From assembly GCF_009914755.1 (NCBI RefSeq), contig NC_060927.1: 64,000 nt of DNA; one strand, written 5' to 3'. A model generated the notes under the pieces. That model saw only the letters and a list, made by a program, of their open reading frames with translations. It was not told the DNA's origin and made no database searches. Positions within the stretch are counted from its first letter, which is position 1, and every line of letters begins with the position of its first letter. Shown piece by piece: positions 38,680 to 52,460 of this stretch. Position numbers and translations under genes: made by a program. Origin of the DNA: the human T2T-CHM13v2.0 reference genome, Homo sapiens.

Positions 38680-39075
38680 TTTCACTTTATGTGACTCTTG
38701 GAGGTTTCCCTAATTAATGCATGTAGATGTGCCTCATTTTTTTAAATATCTGCACAGTATTAGGCATAAACTGGAAATATACTTTGTGAATGTACCATGT
38801 TTTATTCAGTAGTTGTTAACCATTTATCTTAGGCATACTTTCTGTTTTTGTTTTCTTTTATTATTTCCAAAAATATTATAGTGAACATTCATGTATAAAT
38901 ATATTTACACACTTGGATAATGCATCTGTAGTATGAATCCTTAAAAGAAGGAATTTTAGGTCAAAGTTGTATTCATTTTATATTTGGATAAATAATGCAA
39001 TGTTCTTGTCCAAAGAGGCTCTGTTAATTTACACTCAAGCAGCAATGTAGAAGATCCTATTTTGCCACACCTTTA
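38680..39075 (-). mobile_element. L1ME fragment
   Basis: CCTCATTTTTTTAA...GTGAACATTCATGTATA...GAATTTTAGGTCAAA...AATTTACACTC..CAGCAATGTA. Confidence 0.6.
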
Positions 39076-39444
39076 TTAAGATGCCGTCATTTCCCTTCAA
39101 ATCTAAACTGTGCATCTGCTTCTGATTTATGTAGGCATATGGTCTTAGATTTGAGTAGATAATCTCAGAAGATCTCTAGATTTCTTTAGAATGTAGAAAA
39201 TACAAGTTTTACCAAAAGTAAATAAATAGAGATGACAAGAAATTTATATGCAGGTTTGATAACGATTAGGTATAGTCTGAAAAACATATATGAATATGCA
39301 TTTCAACTGTGCTCCCCTTCATGATTTTACCCAAATATGTAATCTGGTGGAATAACTCAGCATGTAACCTTAGTATTCTAACAAAAGAATTACAACTCTC
39401 ATTTCAGGCAAACTGAAGGTTTTGGGGAAGGTAAACATGGACTC

Positions 39445-39628
39445 CATAGGAAGACTAGGCAATAATATGTGTGTGTGTGTATGTGCATGTATACACATAG
39501 GAAGACTAGACAATCATATATGTGTATATATATGTGTGTATACGTACACACATATTTATATATGTATATATACATATATAAATATGTATATATGTGTGTG
39601 TGTGTATGTATATGTATATGTATATGTC
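39445..39628. repeat. Compound (TG)/(TA) microsatellite containing a 51-bp-period duplication
   Basis: CATAGGAAGACTAG at 39445 and 39496, each followed by alternating purine-pyrimidine sequence. Confidence 0.88.
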
Positions 39629-42600
39629 CAAAGAATTTGGAAAACAGCAAGGGAGCTGTCTTACCCTGGAGTAAGAAAGGAGCATCTTTTGCAGACAAAA
39701 GAGACTAAAAAAACCACTCAATAAAAGGATTGAGTTTGACATTGTAAAATGCAAAGGACTTAGGCAGAGCAATAGTAAGTTTGGCAGGAGGCATAGAATT
39801 TTGACTGCTTACTTCCCTTATTTCTTTTCAAAATACAATGGTTAGATATGGAAATACTTTATTTTAGTTTTAAAAACGAAGGTCAATTTCTCATTATTAG
39901 CCTTAAAACAATCTTAATTAACAAATCTTCCCCTAAATAGCTGAAATATGGATGTAAATAGACACAGCGAATACTAAAAGCATGGCATAAGGTAGAAATC
40001 TGCTGTCAGAGTCTACACATGGAACCACTTGTGAACATATATTGTATACAAACATATTTCATACGAATTTCAAAAAGTGAAGCAAACTTTCAAGTAGATT
40101 ATTTCTAAATTACTGATTTACTTTTAGAGACAAGCTTTGCATTTGTAAATTATAGGCATTATCTGAGTCAAAATCTACATTCTTTATGAATTTTTAACTT
40201 CAAAAACTGTTGTTCTGATTCAGAAAATAGAATTAGAATGCTGGGTTTTTCAATGAAAGGTGGAAGTGTGCTTTGTTTCAAGTAGTATAATTCATGTGTT
40301 CATTGAAAACAAAATAAGAAAGTCTGAACTCATTACTGATTTGAAATGATTGTGTGATGTGTGGTGTTTTGTGTATGGAAAACTAAATTTATTTGCACTT
40401 GCATTTTTTTGTATTATATAATCAAATTGGCTTTATGTCGAGTCAGTTCAAAACTACATTTCAGAGATAAAAGACTAGCACATTAATCCACTAAGAATCA
40501 AGAAGTGAATGAATGTTTTCAGTGTTTTTAAAAAATGTATTGCCTGAAACCTGTGGAAAAAAAGCATCATTAAGCAAGAATGTACCTTTAAATCTACTTC
40601 TAATTCATTTTAAGAAATTTTCTTTCTCATATCCTTCTAAATCCTAATATTCTATTATATATGTTATTTTATAACCACCACTTTTAGAAGAGATAAATTA
40701 CCTACATGCAGCTTTTTTTTAATCCTGTTCAACCTGTGGAAAAAGAATAGTTCTAATCTCCTAGAGATTATATAAAATAATTTTTCCTGATTTATATATG
40801 AATTCTAAATCAAGCATGATATATGAATTTGTACACTATCCAGAAAGCAGACACCAGTTTCTTTCCCTCAGTATACTTATAAGAGTTACTCATCATAGAG
40901 AAGTGAAGACAAGAAAGTTAGAAAAAAAGTGGTTTGATGACTGAGAACCAAAAAAGAATGCCTGTTCATTCTCGTATTCTTTTGTGTCTACACAGATGAG
41001 ATTTATAGGCTGAGGAATGACCCATATGTCTGCTCACTTTCCAATTGTACACACTGTTATCATTGTGGACAGATCAATATGTAAATTGCTTACTTTTCTT
41101 TGTCCTTATGTTTAACTGGGGTTCCTGATGTGGCTTTACTAGAGACAGTAATCCTCATGCAGAATTTTAATAGCTAGACAGTAGTCTTGTATTCTAGAAG
41201 GAATTTTAGGAGCAATATGTCCAATCCTGGGTTCTCATTGCCATTGTCTTGCTGTGACCACACTGATGACATGATGTATTAGGCATGCTGAAAAAAGAAC
41301 CATGATATTGACATATGGGAGGAATATTCTCAGGGGCTGTCTGTCTCAGTGTAGATTATTTACCCTTAAAGCAAAACACACATGGTTCTGGCCTATGCCT
41401 GTTAAGCATTTACTGAATCTAGATGACAAAGGTTACACCCAATGGGAATAAACTTCTAAACTATGTAGCATGACTATATATAAGAAACAGATGAAATATT
41501 TTATGTAGTCTTAAAAATAGATTATACAGTGTTTCACATAGTTGTTAATACACAGTAAACCAGAAAAAGAGTACATTTCAAAGAATACCTTTCTCTTTAG
41601 AAGGCCATAGAAGAGGCTTTTTTTGGCTTCTTTTAGAATTAACTAATTAATTTTTTCAGATTTATTTCTGTATCATACTTTTTCATATTGTCACTGTCGA
41701 AGATGGCCGACAGATGAATGAAGATGAACAAAAGGTCTGGTCTTACAATTTTCTGCCTCCATAAACGTTTCCTAACAATCACTATGAAATTTCCCATTGA
41801 TAATGGGTGATCAATGTATTATATTTTCTCTCCATAGATGATTATGCAACCCAGGAAAAGAATGAAAAAAATTCCTTATAGTATGTGACTAATTTTTTTA
41901 TATGACAAAAAGAAAACTCAGATATTCAAAAATTCTTGTTTTCTCTTCTAAGCCCTAATCTTTTTCATAACTGAACTTTAAAAAATATTACTTGACATTT
42001 TTATTAAAAATGGAAAGGAAACATACTTTTTCTGCCTCTAGATTGGCTTGCTTTTTCAAAACACACTTGTATTTTTTTAACAGAAAATCCTATCAAATAA
42101 TTAAAGCACTCAGCACCAAACACTGTGCTTACATATTGGGCACACAAAAAATGAATAATACTTAACTATCCCAGAGGTGCAAACAGTCTAGGAAATGGGA
42201 AGGAGACAGATAGATAAATTAACAATTACTTGATGTGTAGTATAAACAAGAACCACCTAAGTGCCAGTAGAAGACAAAATAAGACCTTTTGGAGCAAGTC
42301 AGGTCAAGCCTCAGAAGAGGTGACACTGAGATAGACTTGAAGGTAAGGGCCATTTTTGAGAAGCAACCAGAGGACAAAAAGGATGGAAGTTTGAAAATGT
42401 GTGATCAAATTTTTGCCTTGGTTTGTAGCTCAATGGAAAAAAATCCACAACTTTGGATTTGTGTAGATCACCATATTATAGTTATCTTTGAAAAATATAG
42501 ATATATTTCCATCATTTAAAAATAAGAATTCACAATTTTGTCATCAGAGATTATAAGCATATTTTATGCAGAGAAGTGTTGTAATTTAATGGAGATAATA

Positions 42601-45600
42601 CTGAAATGGGAGTATATATTGCCTTGTTTGTATATATGTCAACTGGCCATTCATGGTTCTGTAACTCAATTACCACCCTAACTCCCAAAAGATCTTTTTA
42701 ACTGGGTATGATGTGTTTTGAGAGGAGGAAATAACTCAGTCGTATGTATTATATCCTCTGCAGAGGCCAGGGAATGAATTGGAAGGAGACCAGTAAATTT
42801 GACAGCAGGTGGACTAGGTCCTATTCTCTATTCTGGGCTGCTGGGTAGCTGTATGAAGTCCAGGGTTAGCGGGGAAAGAAATACCATGAAATTTAAAAAG
42901 TCTTAAGGAGGTAACAAATATATGGCCAAGACAAAACTTCCTCTATGTTACCCAGCTTTTGTTGTTTCATTATTGAGGAATGGCCACTACAGTTGGGGAA
43001 ACACAGAAATCAAATAATGATACCAAACACATCTGGGCACCATCATTCTTTTTAATCTGAAAGTGATGGATATAAATTAATGTTTATGAAATGTCTATTA
43101 ACTGCCAGTCACTGTACTGTAATGTGATGGTAGTTTACATTTTGAGATAGTTATTTCTCTCTTTCATGGAGAAGTAGTGTTTCCAATGTCATTTATTGGC
43201 TAGCAACATAATCAATTTGGATGGAAGTCTTCCTTACCCAAACCTTATTCTTTTTTTCCCTAAACCATATTACTATTTATTTATACTGCTTTCATTAGCA
43301 TGAAGAGAAGAGTGAGCAGGTTAGGAAGCTGAATTTAAAGACACAATAGCCAGCCCAAGAGCACGGGAATCAATTAAAAAAAACTGCAAAGAATGAATTA
43401 GTCTCCTGCAGAAGAACAATAGTATGAATTCACGTGATCCTATCATCCTATCTAAATTCGGCCTGACTTTGGGTCAGAACGCTGAAATAATTTATGTTAA
43501 GTGACAAATAATAAGTTTCCACTAAGTCTTCAAACATCCATTTGAAAGCATGTTCAGGGGATTGTGGGCTTTTGTGCTCATCTGATCCTTATGTATTCTA
43601 GGAAGGTCTCTAATAAAGATATTTCCCAGATTTAAGCAGAAGGGCGGTTTGAAGGGAAGACTTCAAGATAAGACTATTTGAACTCTTAATTAACAGATGG
43701 GTCCCTTTGAAAAGAAGCTTGAGGCACCACTGTTTTGTTCTTTAACAGAAGAGAGATTTCTTCCAGGATAATCTATAATTTACAGGATTTTGAAAGCTGG
43801 TTGGCTAAACTGAATGTTATTAGTACCTATGGCAAAGAAGAGAGGTGGTGTTTTTTTCCTTAATCAGGGCTATGCCAATCTAGCAGATGGTCAGAGGTAT
43901 ATATTGAAGGTATTTGTGTATTATGCAGATAGAGTAGCTTCCAGGGGCAATGGGAGAAACAGCTTCACCATGATTGAAGAGCAGAAATCATTTTTAAAAA
44001 ACACAGATATAGCTACTCTGGCACCTGAGAACGCTTTGGAGAATTGAGATCAATACAGCACATAAGACAGAAGCCTAATGATATTCATGAGTTAAAAGAC
44101 AAATTTGGTGGCCAAGCCATGTTTGAGAACAAATGTAGCCACAAATGAGCTTTGCCAAATCTCATGGGTGGACAGCGCAAACTCTTATTAACAATTTGTG
44201 ATTCAAACCTCAGTTGTTAATGTGAGTCACTGTAAACAAAATTTTACATTTATAAGAATGATGCCATATAACAGTAATTTGAGGACGTTACTGAACAAGG
44301 GCATGATCCGTTTTGGATGAATTAATAATGAATGTGACACCTGCCTAGCGGTTGCCTCTCCGCCCAGAGTCTCTGAGTTCCTGTTTCTCACCCTGGAGCT
44401 TCATATTATCTCACTTGCTTCTGCTGAAGGCTCTCATCCTCACCGTTTTCTTTGGGGTTTTACTCTTGGCAGAGCTCTGCTAATCTGAGAATTACAAGAA
44501 CCTGAAAGGAGAGAAATAGCTTCCGCATGTGTGTATTTTGAAGTTGGATAGCTATAAATAGTTTAACATCAAGAATGGTAATTATTTCCACAATGTTGTG
44601 AAGGCTGTACAAATACAAAAAATATTTAAAGATTTTACCAGGATTTCTTTGTAAGATTTACTTGTTTGAATCTAAACATTTTAGAGGAGCACAGATAGTT
44701 GTGATGGGATTTAATTTTAAAGCACAATTGGACAAAATGTCAATAAATGCAAACAAGTTTTGTCAAACAAGTTTCATGTGAACCAATATATTGCTCAGCT
44801 CACACAGTTTTCATTTAATTGAAGCTGATCTCATTATACTCTGGAGGATGTAGTCAGAGCTTTGACCTACCTAATTTCCACACCATTATTCTTTTTTTAG
44901 TAATAATGTTGATCAGTATTTGTACATATGTAGATCCATTTTTATTAAAATTATCTATAAAAGTGCACATAAAATATATACTATTTCAACATTTACTTCT
45001 CAGGAAATAATACCTTTCATATAATAGCATACGATGTTTATTGTAAAAATAGATTCCATTTTCAGATTCAAAGGATGTATAATTTTGTACCATAGATAGT
45101 ATTCTTCTTTTTTATTTCCAAACCTATTTATTTTCAGTTAAGGGAATGTGTTTTACCTGAACGACTACAGATACAAGGCTATGGTCCTTATCATAGCATC
45201 ATGATTATGTAATGTAACAAGAGGCCAAACCATCAGCAAGAAGTTCTGAGAGTCCAAGGTTTTCAATCATAAGAGAGGAATTAAGCTTATTAAACATCAT
45301 AAATTGCAGCCATAAAACACATAGATGAGGCCAAGACATGATTTAGCACTTCTAGGAAGTAATCACTAGATATCCAAAACTTCCTGTTTGCCAATTTACA
45401 TGAATCACTTTTATATGTATCACTTTTAAGATTAAGAAACAAAGTATTGGAAGCATGGCAGTTATAAGTTGTGGCCATGGTTGGTTGACAAAATAATTTA
45501 AAGAAGGAGTTGGCAAGGTCCTTAGCAAATTATTTTTACTTCACTTGGACAGAACTTGACTATGCTTGGGACTCATTACTGAATAAAAGTCACTAAAGCA

Positions 45601-46869
45601 GATGTGTATGTCCAAAGAGAGAAGCACATAAAAGTTATTGGTGCTTTTTTGCTTTTAATAAATTATTAGAAGTGTTTCATTATTTATGATGGTCATTATT
45701 TTTAGATTTTCTTTCAAGGAGCTTTTTATGATTCTTCTAATTAAGAATAGTTAACTAGATTATGTATAGAATTGATAGCTAGAAATTCCTAGTGGCCTGG
45801 GATAAAAATGTTGTATGTATTTGACGATAAAATAAAAGAAAAACTGAAAAGGAAACAATCGAAGAGTTCGTCTAATATGATTCTAAAATCAGAAGATAGA
45901 AAGTAAAAGATTCAATCACATTATTTGATATGTTGTGAAACCAATACATGTGTTTAACTGAATTCCACTTAAAACAAGCACATCTAATTAAATCTAATTA
46001 TATTAGCATATTGTTTGCATGAACTAGATGCAATTTATTAGACTTACCAATGTTAAACATTCATATGGGAGTATGCATATTTTAATTGAAAAACAACAAA
46101 AACAAAAAGTAAGACATAGCTAAAAAGTGAATATGGACTAATGCATACAAACAGGAATGAGCTACTGGTACATTCGTAAACAGAACTAAGACACCGGTTT
46201 TCGGTCAGCTTTTGCATTATTGACTGAGGCTTACTGACTCTTAGGAGATAGGTTTCACATATACTTGAGACACTAAGCATATTATCTCCAGTGGAACAGA
46301 AGTAATTACTGTAATAAACAAAGGCTAACCTTAGTTTAAACAAATGGATGTTTTTTGTTGAGTAAGCAGTTTACAAGAGCAAAACGGCCCTATGCATTTG
46401 CTAATGTTCTTCTATCTTTAAAAATTTTTGTCGACATCTAACAAAAAGCAAATAGCTAACTCAGACTACACCTTTATGATTTCTCCTAATAGTGTGAAAT
46501 ATCTAAGGTTATTAAATATAAATTTTATCACATCTAAAGTCTCTTTAACAACACTTTGACTAAGAAAAAATAAACACACATGCATATACAGACACAAACA
46601 TATATACATATATATGCTAATTGTTTAATTAAAAATTACAGTTAGTAAATATGAGGATTAAGCTTTCTCTGACTTTGCTATCATCAAAGAAAATTATTTG
46701 TTGATTTTATATAAGGCATTTGGCCTCAACTAAAGTCACTGCAGGATATGAATAAAAAATTGCATTTCAATTTAGCAAATATTATATTTGGTCAGGGATT
46801 GACAATGGTTGGGAGCCTATGATAGGAAAGGGAGGAGGAATATGGCCCGAACCTCTGCTAAATGGACTG

Positions 46870-47015
46870 GCTCTCTACTCTGACAACACATTAAAATCAT
46901 CTGATAGAGACTTTAAGACAAAACACCAGTGTTTTATCTCCGACCTAGGGATTTTGATTTGTTGGCCGGAAGTAGGAGCTGGATGTTGAAGCCGGGTAAA
47001 GTATCACTAGTTTGA
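46870..47015. mobile_element. MER5-like DNA transposon fossil
   Basis: CACATTAAAATCATCTGATAGAGACTTTAA...AGGGATTTTGATTT. Confidence 0.4.
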
Positions 47016-47644
47016 AAATAAGAGTAAACATAGTGCAAGTTTGTGGAATTCTTTTAGTATTTCAAGGAGTCATGAACGCTTTCATAGTCGTGTTACTACA
47101 CAGATTATGTAATAGGCAATTTAAAAATGTGTTTCAAGTTAGTGTTGGTTAAGTTGTGAAGCTGAATTAGTAGAAACTACCTTACTTGAAGTTAGGCTAT
47201 TTCCTGAAATAATAAGTCATGATAGAACAGCATGTGAACATTTATTTTTTCAAATAATTACTCGCTGATAAATATGCCTGATGTTGTACTGAATATTACT
47301 ACAGTAAAATAGATGTGTAATCACAATGCTGTATAGATTGTCTCTGTTCTTTAACAAGAGCAGACACCTGGTTTAGCACCTTCTGATTTTTTTTATTATT
47401 AGTTCTTATTGAGTTACTGCTTATTGCATATTTAAGATGCATGAGTCACTTGTCCAGCGATAGGCTTGCATTATCACTCTTCAGTTCTCACACAGCCATA
47501 CGAGTTCGGTACTATTCATATCATCCTGAGCATAAAGAGGTTACTTAGCCCAAGACTACTTTACTAGATTATTGTAATTAATGTAAACATAGTCCATGCT
47601 CCTTGATAGCAAGAGTGAGAGAGACAACTGTCCCCTCGCCCTAT

Positions 47645-48660
47645 CTTAATTGAAGAGCTACAACAAAGCCATAGCAATGGAAACAGTTTGTATTAATACA
47701 AGAATGGACATATAGTTTAATGTAACAGAAAAGAGAGCTTAGAGACAGACCCATACATATATGATGATATAATCCATGAGAAGTTGCTACCAATGGAAAA
47801 CGGCAGGTGTTTTTGGTAGATGGCATGGAGAAACTGACTTACATGAATGCAAATTTAAAGACACATAAAAAGTAGCTTAAGATGTATTAAAAACTGAAAT
47901 GTAAAAAGTCCACCTATCAAGTTAATACAAAAAAATCTAGGAGACCATCTTTGTGAGTAAATTCAAAAGAAAACCATAAAGCAAAATATGATGGTATAAT
48001 TTGTATGAGAATGAAAGATTTCTGTTTAACACACGTGGGGAAAGATGTAAGTTAAACTACTAACGGAAAAAGATAGTTACAGCATGTAAAAATTGACAAA
48101 GAATTCCTGAGAATCAACAGAAAAAGAACCATGAGTGTAAGGGCAAGATGAACAAAGTGCATAATCAGGCAATTTAGAGAAGAGGAATCACAAAAGATCA
48201 TTGCATTCAAAGGGAAACTGCAACTTGCTGAAGATCACAGAAATGAAAATTAAGTGATATAATACGATTGTACACCTGTTAGTCTGACAGTCTGATGAAC
48301 TACTGATGGGAGTATCGAGTGGTGTAGCAATTTGGAGAGCCAGCTAGCAATTTGGTAAGTTTACTTAACCTATAGGTGAAAAAAAAGTAAGTATTCCAAG
48401 ATTTAATTTGGATTTCACATATTAATTTTATCTTATGAATTTCATGCCTGTGGTGAATAGTAATAGAGAAAGGAAGCATGCTATCTAAATTTATATTTAT
48501 ATTGACATTGTTAAAATGTTTAAAGTTATGCATTGTTGCAAACAAAGATATTGTGGGAGAAAGAGGAAACTGCATTGAAAAAATCCTTAGTGTCATCATG
48601 TGTATGTAATGAAAAGAGTATACCACAAAGCTACATGCTATCAGCCTGAAAGATGTGTTA
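47645..48660 (+). mobile_element. Degraded L1ME ORF2 3' region
   Basis: TAGAGACAGACCCATACATATATG, AATGAAAGATTTCTGTT, AATCAGGCAATTTAGAGAAGAGGAA, CAGAAATGAAAATTAA. Confidence 0.6.
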
Positions 48661-49953
48661 ACCAATTTCAGCGTAGTGTTGGTTTTGGCTACCAGTTGGT
48701 GTTTATGAAGCTCCTGCTGTGTATATAGGTTTGGGAAATATTTATTTTTGTAGAATGGATTGTCTTTGTAAGTTGCCGGAGGTCCCCAAAGATCTTGGCT
48801 TGGATTCTAATTTCTACCCATTTGGTTTCTGTTAAATTTAAAGTAAGGTAATGTATATATTGAAAGTCCTTGTGAATCCTGGAAAATCTAACAAATTTAG
48901 TATGGTAACAGAATTGCTATTCACAGAGCTGGATATCTTGCTTAAAATCAAAGCAACTTGACTAGCTGAAACAATATAGTCTTTTAACAATGATTTCTTT
49001 TTAAACAAGCAAATTGTCTGCTTTAAAAATAAAAGAAGTGTACCATATGAATGAAAACATATTATTGTTTTGCTAGTTAAGAGGTTTCTAAAAGCCTATA
49101 AATCAGAGTTTTACCCAATGAGTTCCCTCTGGGAAGCAAAAAGCTACATGTTTTATTAGAATATACTAGTGCGGCTCATTTTTTTATTATTGTGATATCA
49201 CATTCTCCGGGGTTCATTAAATTAACAACATTTTTAATGAGCCTTAATTGTTACAAATGGTTTCTCTTTCAGAACATAACATTGCCTGAAAAAACAAGAC
49301 AAATAATTCTATTTTTGATATTATGGAACAGGCTCTGAACTATAGAAATACCTGGATTTCTATTAGCACTTTCCTCATGTATTATATTAATATAAATAAA
49401 CAATTGACTGTGCTTAGTGCATTTATTATGTTAAGAATGAATTATTTTTGCAAACACCTAAAGTTTCAAGTAAGTGCTAAATCCTAGACCTACATTAAAA
49501 TTTAAGTCTACTTCTGAGTTAACACGAGTGTGAATGACATAGTACATCAGGTTGCAAGCAATACAGACACTAAAAAAAAAATGTAAGTTAAAAATATATA
49601 CACATCAAAGCACAATAATGATAAATGGCAAGTAATTATTGTCCTCATATTCATTATCTGAGTATCCAAAGCAGTGAAGTTGCACAGGAAAGTGAAAGTT
49701 GTTATTACAGGAATACATTCACAAAGTCACAAGCTATAAATGTGTCCCCTTCAAATATTCCTCCCTACTTATGTATAGAATCTATCTCCGCTCATTGTGT
49801 CAGTCTTTGTTGCTCTGCTCAGCTAATCCAATAATCTGAAGTCAACACAAAATATATCATTTATAAGGTAAAATTGCAAAGCTTACCATAGATACAGGAT
49901 TTCACAAAATAAGATGCCTATGAAAGTGTTGTTGGAAAACTGCTTATCTATAC

Positions 49954-50018
<65 letters not shown>
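49954..50018. repeat. (TC)n(CA)n compound microsatellite
   Basis: Read directly from the sequence. Confidence 0.95.
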
Positions 50019-50019
<1 letters not shown>

Positions 50020-50512
50020 ACTTGGCAAAGGATAATTACAGTAGTTAGATGAGTTAAAGTTTAAAGAAAAAAATTCATAAGCATAACAAAATAGGTGCTA
50101 CGCAAAGAGTGTTCAGGTAATTTTTAAACACATGACCCTTTTGTGATAATATTGGCATCACATGTGAAGTGATGCGTTTCATATCATTTTATCACACAAG
50201 GATTATCTGATAAATTGTGTTAAAATTAATGCTCAATTCATTGTTTCATTATAAGAGTTATAGCAGAGTTGCAAACATAAAATACATTTTACTGAGCATC
50301 ATATAAATTACTTTTTGTATGTTGTTTCATTTAAAAATAAAATCCTAGTTACTTTTACAATCTTGATGAAATTTTACACTTGCCTTTTTATGTGTGTGAA
50401 TTCTTTTTAAGTAGAATTTGCTCGCTGTGATTATAGGTGGCTGAAAAGGACTGCTTGCATATTAAAATGTTGGGTGTTGATAATTTTGTATTTTATGCTT
50501 TTCTTTATTTTC

Positions 50513-50576
50513 TAAATTACCTGTATTGAGAGTGATTACTTATGTAATCAGTAAAACTCTCAATACAGGTAATTTA
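50513..50576. repeat. Perfect 21-bp inverted repeat with a nested inner hairpin
   Basis: TAAATTACCTGTATTGAGAGT (50513-50533) / ACTCTCAATACAGGTAATTTA (50556-50576); spacer contains GATTAC-TTAT-GTAATC. Confidence 0.92.
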
Positions 50577-52214
50577 CAAACATTGGTTGATATTGTTGAA
50601 TTGATTAAGTAAATGAAGCTTATTAATTGACATATTTCTAGCATGTTTGAGAAGTCTTAACTGTTAGAGCTCATTTAAATTATCACTTGGAACACTGAAA
50701 TAAAGAGTTAAGATAATATTAATATCAACAAGTACAATTTTCCCTTGAACCTGATAAAACAAATTGTGTTAGTTGCAGTAGAATACAGATGCTCAATGTA
50801 TAAGCAATGTAACTTATTCTTAATAAAATAATCAAATGATTTCTTACGTATGTCAGAATGCTGTTAATACCAGTAATACACCATAGGTCTTTTATTTCAT
50901 GATCTGTTTAAGCAATCACTAATGTTTTGCTTTTAATTGAAGTTGTTGATTCTGACAGTAGCCTGCAAAATAAATTTAAGTGAATATAGTATGTGTGTTT
51001 TGGAAAGTTACTGATTTTGATCAACTCTCTCTTTTTCTTCCTTGATACATAGAAAGTACCCCAAGATACATCGACATAAATGTCTCATTCATGTAAGACA
51101 GCAGAAGCAACAGGGAAGTTACAGTTACTCGTATAAAAATGCATTTCTGTCATTGAAAGGTGACTCTATATTAACTTTTTCTCATAATTCACTTGTTCAC
51201 CTATTTAGTCACTTTAAAGATAAATAAAAAAAAACTAATGTCCATTCAACTACTTTTTATAAAGTTAGCACATTCATACCAGTACTTCCATTTGAATTAA
51301 GTTCTAGAGAAATGTATTATATTAAAATATAATGTTAATAACAATTTTTGTCTAGAAGCATCCCTTTTTAGTGTAAAGACAACCATTATTTAATTGTTGA
51401 ATACAATTCTGAATATTTCTGTGTATCACTACTGTTAGTAGAAATTTAAGATAGAAACAAATACAAGAGCAATAGGTTAAAATTTAAAGAAACTATATGC
51501 ATATTAAAGGCTGGGTGAATAAGGGTGCCCTAACTCTGGTTGTCTTAGAGTAACGTCTTGATTAAATTATAGAGTGAATAGACAAAGTCTCTTCAGAACA
51601 TATTTATTAATGAGGATTTCTGTGGCAAACCCCTATTCTAGGAATGGTAATTTGGCTCAGTACAGTTCTTTGTGAAAGGATTTTGTGCATCTCCACCAGT
51701 TCTTTTTAAATTGAAAACATCTAAATTGCATTTGAAAAGAAATAATGAACAAGCATATTTAGTCACAAAAACTATATGTTGTATATATTTTGAAGCATAA
51801 ATCAAATAATAAGTATTTTATGCAGCTCTTTATAGCTTAAGGTTAAGGTATATCACAGTGCCTCTTTCTTTTTTTTTAAAACAGAAAAAATTAGTTACAG
51901 GCATTTGTTTGTGGACTGTATCTTTAAAACTAAGGTCATGTCTGATCTGAATGGATGTTTAAAATCCCAACACATCAAAAGCATGTTTTACAAGATTTGG
52001 GTCTTAAAGTTTTTTTTTTCTTTAGGTTTTATTTTAACATAGCTGTGTCAATTGGGGGTACTTATTCAAAGTTCTGTTATATAGTAGCTTTAAAAATGCA
52101 GATGCTAGCATAAAACATTTGACATACACAGTATGCTGTATTATATAATGGAATCTAATAGAACTGTAATAATTCTTAAGAATTAATGTTAATGTCTCAA
52201 AACTCTTTTATCTC

Positions 52215-52460
52215 AAGTTGTGAAATATTTCACACATGCAAAAATGACACAAATGTAATAGACACTCATTTACATACCACATAAATGAAGCATTATTAAA
52301 TTTTTTCTGTTTGTTTTAAATTCTCTTTAAAATAATTACAGATATTGCTATAGCTGTTTCCTCATTGCTTTCTACTTCTGCTTTCTCAAAGATAGCTAGC
52401 ACCTTGATGTTGCTATAAATCATTCCCATGCATGTTTTTACACTTTTATTACTTACGCAT
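52215..52460 (-). mobile_element. L1ME 3' end fragment
   Basis: TTGTGAAATATTTCACACATGCA...ATCATTCCCATGCATGTTTTTACACTTTTATTAC. Confidence 0.55.

Noticed and set aside
40548-40744. AACCTGTGGAAAAA direct repeat about 183 bp apart, possible TSD
   Set aside because: No A-tail, terminal repeats or recognisable element between the copies
48300-48665. 121-aa minus-strand ORF, and 116-aa ORF at 54940-55290
   Set aside because: They overlap degraded L1ME and MER33 sequence and show no domain-like features
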